Source: Podarcis gaigeae (Eukaryota). Taken from it: a DNA stretch of 64,000 bases. The notes beneath the pieces were generated by a model, which was not told the DNA's origin, did no database searches, and saw only the letters and a list, made by a program, of their open reading frames with translations. Numbering within the stretch: the first letter of the stretch is position 1; each line of letters starts with the position of its first letter. The stretch lies in the NCBI GenBank assembly GCA_964106915.2, contig OZ066922.1. One strand, 5' to 3'. Shown here piece after piece: positions 24,901-37,600 of this stretch. Position numbers and translations under genes: made by a program.

Positions 24901-26896
24901 TCAGTAAGCAGTCAATGGTCCCTCAGTTCCTGCTTTCAGCTCAATATGGTCATGGGGCTTCTTTCAGCTGTGGGTCCAAACAACTTGTGATACACCAAGC
25001 CAGGTTCCCAAAGGGGTAGCCGTGTTAGGTTGTTTCAGCCAAAACAGCAGAATTTTGTGGTACTTTAAAGACTAACACATGTATCATGGTAAAGGCTTTT
25101 CCCACAAACTTGGGCAGACAGGGAAAAGCAACTAAGACAGTGATGATTTGTGTTAATGCTCAAGTGTGTGCAAAATAATTACTTAGATATTCATGAAACA
25201 CTGTTGATAACAGAAGCATCCTGGCATTGATAAATTAATTCAACACCTGTAGTGGGATTAGAACCTGTTATTTCAATTCAAGCCACAGGTGATAGATTGA
25301 ACATCTTCAAAGTGCTAATTCAGCAGCTTTTACCCTACCCTGAAATTTCCCATTGAAGTTCCATTGTTTGGTTTATGCTATAATAAATGAACTAGTCTCT
25401 AAGATACCACAAGACGGTTTGTTGTTTTCCCCACATTAAACACAATCCTCCAGGCATGGATGGCAGTAGACTTCATGCACAGTAAGCTTCTGCCTGGAAC
25501 TAGGAAGTCAGAGGGGACACATAAGGGCATTGAAAAGATAGAGACTTCTCTGTCTCTTTAAACACTTTTTTAAAAAGTCATTAAAATCAATTTAACTTAA
25601 AACGGCAGTGTTGAAAAGCTGTTCACCATTCTTGCTTGGAGAGCCTTTCTCGTTTCTGCTTCCCCTTTATTACCTCCCAGACGAATCTGGTTGCAGTTTG
25701 GCTTCCATCTTTTATGTTATTAAGGTGATCACTTTCACACTGTCTACAATTGCTAGTAGTGCAGAACCATGGTTTACCACTACCTGGATGAGACCAAGCA
25801 TGCTCCACTTCCTAGGGATCCTGGGTTATTAAGCTGGCCAATTAAACTAACCAGAGGTTTGTTGCCTTTGATTTTTGTTTCATTTTTAAAAACCAGGGTC
25901 CCAGGTTCACTCAGACTCATTCTGGCTCATCCACATAGAGCTAAACCACAGATTAGTGCAGCATATGAATACGGCTACTGTCCCAGGGACACAGTCTGAC
26001 AGATATGCATGGCGCTGCATCCATTGAATTGCCAGACTACTAACAGGAGGATATGATTACAGGAGGGCCACAAGAGGCCCACTGCAATATTGCTTCCCCC
26101 AACAAGCCGAGCATCTCTGATAAGAGAGCTGTTGCACATTTAGTTTGCCCAGTGCTTTTACCAATTAAGTTTCTGGGAGCTGTTATTTATACAAAGCTCC
26201 TCTTTAATAATAATAATAAACTCCGAAGGTGCAAATGTCTTCTGGCAAATAACTGCTCTGGCTTTGTGGACCACAATATCCTTCAGAACTAGCATAATTT
26301 TATTGCTCTTCTAAATCAGCTCTTAGATTGCTCCTAGGTACATATTTTTAATAACCTTGCCTGTGGAAGTTCATAAACATATTATGTTGCTCATTGAAAA
26401 CCTTCCACTTCCATTCAAATAATGTGGCATTGGGGTGTGGGATACTATAGAAAACGTTTAAAAAATATTTTATGGAAGGATTGAATGCTTTCCGAGCACA
26501 GTATGTTTCCGAGCACAATTCAAAGTGTTGGTGCTGACCTTTAAAGCCCTAAACGGCCTCGGTCCAGTATACCTGAAGGAGCGTCTCCACCCCCATCATT
26601 CTGCCCGGACGCTGAAGTCCAGCGCCGAGGGCCTTCTGGCGGTTCCCTCATTGCGAGAAGCGAAGCTACAGGGAACCAGGCAGAGGGCCTTCTCGGTAGT
26701 GGCGCCCACCCTGTGGAGCGCCCTTCCAGCAAATGTCAAAGCGATAAACAACTACCTGACATTCAGAAGACATCTTAAGGCAGCCCTGTTCAGGGAAGTT
26801 TTTAACGTGTGATATTTTACTGTATTTTTGGTTTTTATGGAAGCCGCCCAGAGTGGCTGGGGAGGCCCAGCCAGATGGGCGGGGTATAAATAATAA

Positions 26897-26938
<42 letters not shown>

Positions 26939-29807
26939 TTACTGCTTGGATGCATTTGTGCTCCTTGGAGCTTGTTTCTGTTGGCCGAATGTCGGTCCTG
27001 AAATCCACTGCAGTTTCTTTATGATTTTAACAGGAACTCAGCATTGCAAACAACCATGGTGCAGGCTTCTAATTTGAAGGGGTTGAGGCTTCTGATTCGA
27101 GTGCCGTGGGTGGGGGTGGGCCATGCCTTTGAGGCTTCATGGCAGAATACATTTGGCCAAAGTGGATTGTCTGCTGCAGTGCTGCAGTCTGGCTGCCCTT
27201 TCCTTTCCCACCCTCTGTAGTTCCAATTACTCGAGCTCAGCACAAAGGCTGGCAGCGGAGAAGGGTGGGCAGTGTGACAGGAGAAGAGGCGCGGGCCAAA
27301 CTGCTTCCTGACATGTAGCTATTTAAAAACTCAGAAAGCCCTTGTGTGCATCTGCAATTCGCAACTCGGTGGGTACCACTACTCTAGCACGGTGGAAACA
27401 AACTGATCCTTGCCCTTTTCCTTCCCGCACCTGAACAGTTCATAAAATTGTGGGGATTTCCCCCCTCCTCCATTCAGGTATATTCAAGGACAAGTAGCAT
27501 TCTCTCCTCAAGCCCTCAGAGAAGCCTTAGTTCCGAAGCAGATGGAGAGCGGCAGTTCAACCTGAATGGCAACAGCATCCCAACTGTAACCCAGGCACTA
27601 ATGACCATGTACCGGAGGCGTTCACCTGAAGAATTCAACCCTAAATTAGTAGGTCACGCCGCCTTCTTTCCTTTTTTTTTAGCTCTCATTTAGATTACTG
27701 CATTAATTGTTAACAGATGCAAACTATACCTTCCTCATACCAGCAGTGGGCAGGAACAGATGCAGGAGTGGGCAGAGCAAGGTGACTCTTACCTTGGCAC
27801 AGCAGGTTACACTCCAGCCCTGCCAAAGTGTCACAGGTTGCTACACACACCAGTCATCTTCCATCCAGGCAGGCGAAAGGCGTCATAGCAGCTCAAGGGC
27901 ACATTGTACCCAGGCAAAAGCACTCATGTGGTGTTTGGGATGGAGTGGGGCCAAAAAGAGATGCCTAAAAGGCTGCATTTGGCCGCTGGGCCTGAGGTTC
28001 CTCCCCACTGACTTAGACCTATTAATTTTCCTTATGGATTCTGTTGTCAACAAGGTGGAGGGAGAGATTGATGGGGATCCCAAGGGTGGGGGAGCCTCAG
28101 GCCCAGAGATTAAATGCAGCCCTCGAGGCCTCTCGCTGGCCCTTGGATCTCTCTAAAGGTTCCCCCCCCCCCCCCGCAGCAACATTCTTCTTGAGTGTTT
28201 TTGCCTGGCTGAAATGTGTCCTTGAACTCTCGTTATTCTCCATCCAGGGAAGCAAAAAGGGCTGAGAAATGGATGTGTGTTTGTGTAGGAAACTCACCTA
28301 CTACTGTACAAAGGTAATTTGCACACCTTGCTGTACCCACTCTTGCCGCTAGCCATGCCCGCCATGGGTATGTAGCCCGCAGAAGTTTTCCCAGAAGGGA
28401 ATGTGGCTTCTGGGTGGAAAATGTTCCTCGTCTGCATGTCATTTTAGTGTATTTTGAAATCATCGTGTCATAATAGTTAGTGCTTGTAGCTTTTTTGCAA
28501 ATACGTCTGTACATGGGGACATACATAAATGCTTAGGAGGCGACATCAAGATGAGAAAATGTCATGTTAAAAATGAGTATACTGAGAAAGCTTTGCTGAA
28601 ACACTATTCCTGATAATAAAATTAAGGATTAAATGACATTTTGGGGGGTGGCTTCTTCTTTTGCATTACAGGATTGTGTTACACAGCGTTTTTAGTTCTG
28701 TATATCGTACTCTCCATTATTTTTAAGGCAAAAGAATTTTTGAAAGAACAAGCTTGGAAGATTCATTTCGCAGAATATGGCCAAGGCATCTGTATGTATC
28801 GGACTGAGAAAACAAGAGACCTTGTGCTGAAAGGTATTCCGGAAAGCATGAGAGGGGAACTCTGGCTACTCCTGTCAGGTGGGTATCAGTAGATAACATT
28901 GTTTTATTAATGGTAAGTCAAAGGTTTCCCATATGATCTTTTTCCTTCTGTGGAGTTCATTATGTCAGTGCCCTAGTGGACATGTTGGCTGCAGATAAAT
29001 GGAGATTGACAATTGCAGTCCTAAGTGTGTTTACTTAGAAGAAAGTCTCTCTGTGGAATTTACTTGGTAATTGTGTTTAGGATTGTGGCCTAAATTGGTG
29101 AGGTATATTTTACCAACCAGTGAAAACAAAATAAGAGATTTGGAAGTTCAACTTCTTGGTGGGAAAGCTGGCTTACTATTCACTGCAGGAAACTGTTTTT
29201 CTTTCGGGTCAATCAATAGTGTCTTCCTGGCAGCCCAAAATAATTTTGCTTCAGAAGAAGTGTACAGCAAAGCATATAAAAGGGTCCTTCACGATTCTCC
29301 TCTGTGATGTAGGCCTAGGTGTCAAGTTCCACAAGGAATTTAGTTAACAGCAGGCAGGTGGACTAATGTGTACTTCATTAAATTGCTAGGGATTAACAGA
29401 TACTTTTTTTAAATTAGGGAGAAATGATCTTACCAGTTAAATCTGTTCTCCTGGGTTGAAAAAAGGAGCAGTGAGAGCTTTGTCCATGCACCTGAACAGA
29501 TACTTCCAATGCCCTACCTTTTTTGCTTTATATGCAGCACCAAGACAGAGAGAGACGGAACGATAGAATTCTCAGTTTGTGCAGCCAATCTGGGGTCAGC
29601 TGAGGATGCCTTGCTGAAGTGCCCCCAAATCATGGAGCCAGCAGTGGGACTTAGAACTCAAAGCAGGCTTTTTGTGGGCTTGCATAATAGGCGTGAGAAA
29701 CTATTAAGGGGATTGCAAATTTCTTATGACCTATTTATAAGTAGCTTACCACAGAACATAAAACTGCATTCTGCTATAGTATTTGAATGAACATTTCCCT
29801 CTCCCTC

Positions 29808-29859
<52 letters not shown>

Positions 29860-31561
29860 TGTACACAGAAACACAAACACACTTGTTAGTATGACTGTAT
29901 TTGGGGTTGTATACAGAATATCTTGGATCCCTCACAGTAGGCTTGCCACTAAGTCTGCAAAACTTTTCATAGAAGAGGAGGCAGGTGTGTTAACTCACTG
30001 GTAAACCAAAGGTCTATGACAGTTAACTTGAGCATGGGAGGTTTTGTAAGAATAGGACCTGATTAATGTACTCAGTGGGACGCAGGTGGCGCTGTGGGTT
30101 AAAGCCTCAGCGCCTAGGACTTGCCGATCGAAAGGTCGGCGTTTCGAATCCCTGCGGCGGGGTGCGCTCCCGCTGCTCGGTCCCAGCGCCTGCCAACCTA
30201 GCAGTTCGAAAGCACCTCCGGGTGCAAGTAGATAAATAGGGACCGCTTACCAGTGGGAAGGTAAACGGCGTTTCCGTGTGTGGCTCTGGCTCGCCAGAGC
30301 AGCGATGTCACGCTGGCCACGTGACCCGGAAGTGTCTTCGGACAGCGCTGGCCCCTGGCCTCTTAAGTGAGATGGGCGCACAACCCCAGAGTCTGTCAAG
30401 ACTGGCCCGTACGGGCAGGGATACCTTTACCTTTACCTTAATGTACTCAGTGGCTGAAATCCAAAGAATCACTTCAGGCACATTTGAATGGTGAGAGAGT
30501 TTTTTTATTATTTTAACAGCAAACCCTTATGCCATATCACAGACTTTGTGAAAACCTTCTTAGCTTCAAAAATGATTTGCCAATTAGCATTGCGGGTGGG
30601 GGGGGCATGTCCTTCTTGGGCATGCACAACTCACTGTGCAGTTGTTTTGGATCCTGGCCTATATCTGTAACCTACTTTCTCTTTTGTCAATTTTGCTCTG
30701 TTGCATTTTTAGGAGCTATTAATGAAATGGCCACCCACGCTGGCTATTATGAAGACTTGGTGGAGAAGTCTATGGGGAAATACAATCTCGCCACAGAAGA
30801 GATTGAGAGGGATTTGCACCGCTCTCTCCCAGAGCATCCTGCATTCCAGAATGAGATGGGTATTGCTGCTCTGAGGAGAGTACTAACTGCTTATGCATTT
30901 AGAAATCCAAACATAGGATACTGCCAGGTAATTCAAACTCATTTCATTTTGGAGAACCCAAATTCCTTCACTCATCCCTCTATTTATTGTTGCACACAGA
31001 GGCCAAACCTTCCATGCACTTATGGTAAATTTTGATCTAGTAGAGTAGGCTGGAAATTTTAAATCTTCCTGGAATTTAACAAGTGGGACTTGCAGCAAAA
31101 TGGTGCAATATATGATCCCTTATAACAGGAATTCTCCTTTTCAAAGTCCAGCCAAGCAGGACATTCAACTCTTCTCTCCTCCCCCCACACTTGGGTCTTT
31201 TGTGGTTTTCATTTCCAACTGACACTGCTGAATATACTCAGATGGTCATTGGGCTTGTGTGCATCTGGATGTTTAAGATTTTGTCTTTAAGATTTTTGGG
31301 GTGGGGTAGAACTTCTGCAAACCTCAGGGATCCCTTAGCATGCTGATATATCCATCTTGTGGCTACTACAGAACCACCAGCATCCACCACCTGGTTTGCC
31401 ATTAAAGGGAGTGACTTTGATTTAAAACTGGTGACTGATTTAAAACTGTTGTTATGTAGTAACACAGTAGACTACTTCTCCATTTTTAGTCACATATCTT
31501 GGACTTTGAAAAGGATGGCTTTTGCCTCTGCACATTTCCAAGGGAATGGGAAATGAGGGAG

Positions 31562-31623
<62 letters not shown>

Positions 31624-34600
31624 TGTGTGATAACTTGTTGACGTTGGCCAGGCTGCATGGTTCAACATCTTCGAAAAATACTTTGTGGAATCACTTGCTA
31701 CTTTCTGAAACTAGCCCCAAACTAGGGCTGTTGTTGATTGACTCTGTTATCTAGACCATTTAACATCTAGTATATGTACTTTTGAATGTACTTTTTTCTA
31801 GGCCATGAATATTGTTACATCGGTACTGCTTTTGTATGCAAAGGAAGAGGAAGCATTCTGGCTGCTTGTGGCTTTGTGTGAGCGCATGCTGCCAGATTAC
31901 TACAACACGAGAGTTGTTGGTATGTCAAAGGAGACTTGTAAGAGCATAATCACTGGGAATTTCCGACCTAATTCTTAAGCTGCCGGAAAGTGAGGTTTGG
32001 TCTGCCAATGGGGGAGGGATACTTGAATTCATTGATGCTGAATGACATTTGAGTGGCTGGGCTTCTGCCTTGTGTTTTGGAGAACTGCCTTTTATATCTT
32101 GTTTCACATCATGTCCAAACATAGCCATTCCCTATTTTGTTCCTAGTCTATAAAATATATTTTTTGTTTTTAGTCTGCAAAAGTCAAAATCAATAAAGAC
32201 CTTATGCTATTATGATGATCCAATTAGAGCAATAGGACCCAGAGTAATGGATTTTTGTAATGTTTGTCAGTTGCATGAAGCAGATTCTTTTCAATACATA
32301 AACCCAAAAAGTAAATTAATGATGAAAGGATGATTCCTGAGTGGCAATATATTGTAATGTAGTTCAGTGTAAGCTAATTGCAAAATGATTCCACACTGCT
32401 TTTCTAGATAGGCTTAAATGCACGTTCTATGAATCAACATTTCATATATGTCAAATACTGATTATGTATTGCAGGAGCTCTGGTGGATCAAGGTGTCTTT
32501 GAAGAGTTAGCTCGAGATTATGTTCCACAATTATATGACTGTATGCAGGACTTGGGGGTCATTTCCACTATATCCCTTTCCTGGTTCCTCACACTCTTCC
32601 TCAGTGTAATGCCCTTTGAAAGTGCCGTGGTTGTTGTGGACTGTTTCTTCTACGAAGGCATAAAGGTGATATTCCAGTTGGCACTGGCTGTGCTAGATGC
32701 AAATGTTGACAAGTTGCTGAATTGTAAAGATGACGGGGAAGCGATGACAGTGCTTGGAAGGTAAGTTTTGCCTTTGGGAATCTCATCTAGTCCAATTCCC
32801 TGCAATGCAGGAATCTCAACACGCAGCACCCCCTCCCCCAATCCAATTTGAAACCATACAGGACCCTGCTTAGCTTTTTGCAAATGTGCTAGCAGTTCTA
32901 TTGTTAACTAGGATGGTTAAATATTTAAATATCTCCCCACAGCTTCTTCCCAGCACTGTAATTGTTATGCATTAAGTCTAGACTATTTCATTGTAATGCT
33001 GAATTTATAAGATACGTATTGAACTGTTTTTTTGCTTTGTTTGAATTTATAATGTCATATAACAAATTTGCTTTTACATATTCCAATTGTTATATATGTT
33101 GACAGTAAGTAGATGTTTGGTGTGAGCTACTTTCAGCACAGTTCCATGTGGAAAAGCAGCATATACATAAACTAAGCTTAAAATATCTTGCAGTTGGGAC
33201 CGTCGTACATAATGCTCTTGCAACATACCACTCCCCTATTTAAATCAGTAACATTTCATTGCCAAAAGGGCTTTCCATGTAATAAAGGGAAAGCATAGCC
33301 ATTAAATGAATAACTTTGACTCATCGTGTTCTGTCTCCCTAATTAGCCACTAGCTAGCATTGGAGCACCTTTGCTCGAGTCTATTCCCCCCGTCTCTGGC
33401 ACTATGATTTGATTTCATTAGAAAGAGCTGCCTTAGAGGAGCCACTAACATGATTCAGTGCCACGTAGTACTGACAGTGCTGAACTGGCAACAGCACCCA
33501 AAGCAAAGTCTTTCCCAGCTCTGTTACTAAGGGCTGAGAAATCACCCTGAGAAATCACCCAGGGATCTCATGCATTGCAACTCAGTTATATGGCGCAGTC
33601 TCTTGATACAGACTGAACAACAGTCCAAGCAAGCCTATAGAATTTATTAGCCTCAAAAGATTTTACTAGCCTGTTGGAATGGCAGCTGCATTTGCATGCT
33701 GGGTGTAGAAAATGGGACTTTCCTCCTCTAGCAGCCCACTTGGTTTTCATGCTGGGTTGAGAGGAGGGATGTCGCACTCAGTCCATCCTCCACTAGCCCA
33801 CAACATTCACCCTGCATGGCATTCCTGATAGCCTATGGCAGGTGTAGGCAAACTTGGCCCTCCAGATATTTTGGGACTACAATTCCCATCGTCCCTGACC
33901 ACTAGTCCTGTTAGCTAGGGATCATTGGAGTTGTAGTCCCAAAAAATCTGGAGGGCCGAGTTTGCCTATGCCTGGCCTATGGCTACTAGGCTAGTGCTTA
34001 AATTCAGGTGTGTCTTATTCAGAGTTTAGTCACAGGATATGCTGTTTTCTGGGAAGCATTTTCTTCCACATGATTTTCTGTGACAATCCAAAAGCCAGAC
34101 ATCTTACGGCTTGACTTCCATCAACAAGCTTTGCCAACATTATTATTTTCATTTAGCTAACTGGAAGGGAGCAGCTGAATTGCCTTAGCTGAGCCATTAT
34201 CTCCCAGTCTCCATCACAAACACACAGTTGTTTAGTAATTGTCTCCTTTACAGGGTTGATGCTATAATCTGCAATCATTTGGAGTTCATTCTGAGCTGTT
34301 TAGGAACATTGGAAGCTGCCTTTATTCCCTCAGACCATTGGTCCATGTAGCTCAGTATTGTCTACCCTGACTGGCAGTGGCTTTTGAGGGCTTCAGGCAG
34401 GGGGCATTTCCAGCCCTTACCTGGAGATGCCCATACTAAGCACTGTAACAAACCTGAACTTGCTGGGTGTGAGTGTTTTTAAATAAATTTTGGGGGACAA
34501 ATGGAATGTACAGTGCTTTTAAGCTTGGATTAATTTTACACACAAAGACGTGCCTTACAGTGCTTCCATTTGATTCCTTTTCCCACCTGTAGGTATTTGG

Positions 34601-37600
34601 ACAGCGTGACCAATAAGGACAGCACTCTGCCACCAATTCCTCACCTTCACTCACTGCTCAGTGACGATGTAGGGCCTTATCCTGAGGTGGATATCTTCAG
34701 GCTCATCAGAACATCCTATGAGGTGATTTGAGGAAAAAATATCAGTGATTAAATGTAAAAACGTGAGGAAACAAACACAAAAACAAGCAACATGTTAGAC
34801 TCCACACTGTTCTAACTCCAGGTCATGTATGAGCATATTAAAAAGTGCAGGTCCCAATATTGATACTTCGGGAATCTCACTTCTCCCGTCGTTCCATTTT
34901 GAGAACAGTCCCATTTATTCCTGCTCTTTGCTTCCTGTTCTTTAACCAGTTACAGATCTGACTGTCTAGGTTTACAGCAAAGCTGAGTGATAATTTTTCC
35001 CTTTAGAAATTTGGAAGCATACGGGCAGATTTGATTGAACAAATGAGATTCAAACAGAGATTGAAGGTGATCCAGACTCTAGAAGACACTACCAAACGCA
35101 ATGTGGTAGGTTCTTGGAGTGCCATTTTAATCAATCGTCTCTTGAGTTTTGGTTTCTAATGCCTTACATGCACCTAAACTCTTTCTGCTTACAAATTTTG
35201 AAAGGTACGAACCATAGTGACAGAAACCTCTTTTACAATAGATGAACTGGAGGAACTCTACACCCTTTTCAAGGTAAATTTGAAATAGCTGTCTAGTTTA
35301 TTCATTGTTTAGTAGTATTATATAGGTTGCCTGTGTACCCTTCCATATATATTTTCTCACCGATTTCAGTGAAATTTCAGTTGATTGTCAAAACAGTTTG
35401 AAAAAGGAAAAAACTATAAGCTGTGTTTGAGTTCAACCCACAATGCAGAAGCAACTATTTCACTTCCACTTTGATGGTAAATATGTGGATGGAATATTTT
35501 AATTAAAGTAAATGTAGATTGGGAAATGAAACCAACCATATAATTGTCATGTAGATGCTCTTTCACATTGGTAATCACAAGTAATTTTTGTTCTTGTGGT
35601 TGTTGTTTTAAAAATCCAGTAACTTTTTGCAAAAATACCATTACAGAATATGTTGAAAAAGGAACTCAGTAGCAATCCAGAGAGCTCAGATCCATGACAC
35701 TAACTTTGGAGAGGCAACCCTCCTTTAGTTGTTGTTGTTGTGGCTGCTGTTGTTGTTGTTTTATTCATTTATACATACATACATACACACACACATACAC
35801 ACACCTGGCTGGGTTTCCCCAGCCACTCTGGGTAGCTCCCAACAGAATACTAAAAACATGATAAAAGATCAAACATTAAAAATAGGGCTACTTTCAGATG
35901 TCTTCTGAAAGTCAGATAGTTGTTTATTTCCTTGGCATCTGATGGGAGGGCGTTCCACAGGGCGGGTACCACTACTGAGAAGGCCCTCTGCCTGGTTCCC
36001 TGTAACCTCACTTCTTGCAGTGAGGGAACCACCAGAAGACCCTCGGAGCTGGACCTCATTGTCCAGGCTGAATGAAGGGGGGTGGATATCCTTCAGGTAT
36101 ACTGGGCCGAGGCCGTTTATGTCAATTACTGGAGCAAGGTGCCTATAGCCATTGTATAATGGAAGCTGAGATGTATATCAGTACATATGGCCGAATCTGG
36201 ACTTCACTCCAGTGGGCAGGAGCATCATCTGTGTGGAGTTCAACTTGAGGGACAGCCCCACTGGCAGAGGGTGGAAGAAACTGACTGAAACCCTCAACAT
36301 CACCTCCCATACTGTTATTGAGGGTTGGGGATCCTCCGGAACTGTGTAAGAGGAGAGGTGGCACTCCTTCTGTCGCCATCACATTACTAGTGGGATCCCT
36401 GCACTTGATCAAAAGCCTTCAGTGAATGGAAGGAGCCTTTCTGTCTGCAGAAGACAAAGTCGGGATAGCATCCTTTTCCACCTGCACAGGTTAATAAATC
36501 TTGAGTTCTAGACAAGAAAAGCAGGTTATAAATGTAATGAAATCAGTCAATCAATAAAACGCTTTTGCATAGATGCAAGATTTGAACCGGGCAAGCTGGA
36601 CTCTTCTTTTCCATGGTTGACAGTCGTGTCCCTGATCGTTACTCACATGTGTGGAGAGGGGGTGTATAGCCAGTGTTTCCATAGTACCTGTGAACTTTTC
36701 ATAATAGAAAAGATTCTGTGACTACAAAATGTAGATGGTGTAATCTTATTTAGGTTCTGTGTTACGGTTGTGCTTTATGGAGAAAGGGTCATCCTGGTAC
36801 ATAGGAGCCAACTCCTAGGGGCTGAGATTCCTTCAGCCACCCCAGTAAAATATTTGAGGGGGCCATTCCTTCCCCTCCCAGTTGATGGGCATTGCCATTC
36901 AAATAGTGTGCCTGTCATGTGACCGATTATGCAGGGTGGGGCTTACCTGGCTCCCCTCCCAATATTTTACTCAAGTTGACACCTCTGTCCTGGTGTAGCA
37001 GTAATAGTCCTGTAATGTTAACCACTCTGTGTGCCAACTCTAGGTCAGGTGGAATTTGTCAACAATTGCATTTGTTCAAAAGTGGCGTAAATCATGATGG
37101 CAGATGCTGCTGCCAGAAGAGATGTGAATATTGTCCTAATAATGGCAATGTCGTGTGCCTTGCTTTTCTTCAGGCAGAGCATCTCACTAGCTGCTACTGG
37201 GGAGGCACCAGCAATGCCACGGACCGCCATGACCCAAGCTTGCCTTATTTAGAACAGTACCGCATTGACTTTGAACAATTCAAGGGCATGTTTGCTCTCC
37301 TCTTTCCTTGGGCCTGTGGTACTCACTCTGATGTTTTGGCGGCACGCTTGTTCAGATTGTTGGATGAAAATGGAGATTCCTTAATCAACTTTCGGGAATT
37401 TGTCTCTGGACTAAGTAAGAAGAATGCATGTATTTAACTGCTTTAGTAAACCTGAGGCCTGTTTCTCCCAGTTGCATTAACTGTGAAATCATTGGCTTGG
37501 TATGCAGCCTTATGTGAGATAATTGCATTTTAAAAGGCTATATACACATGTGCTCTCATAACCTGGATATGTTTATATCATTTTAAAGCAATAGGTTAAT

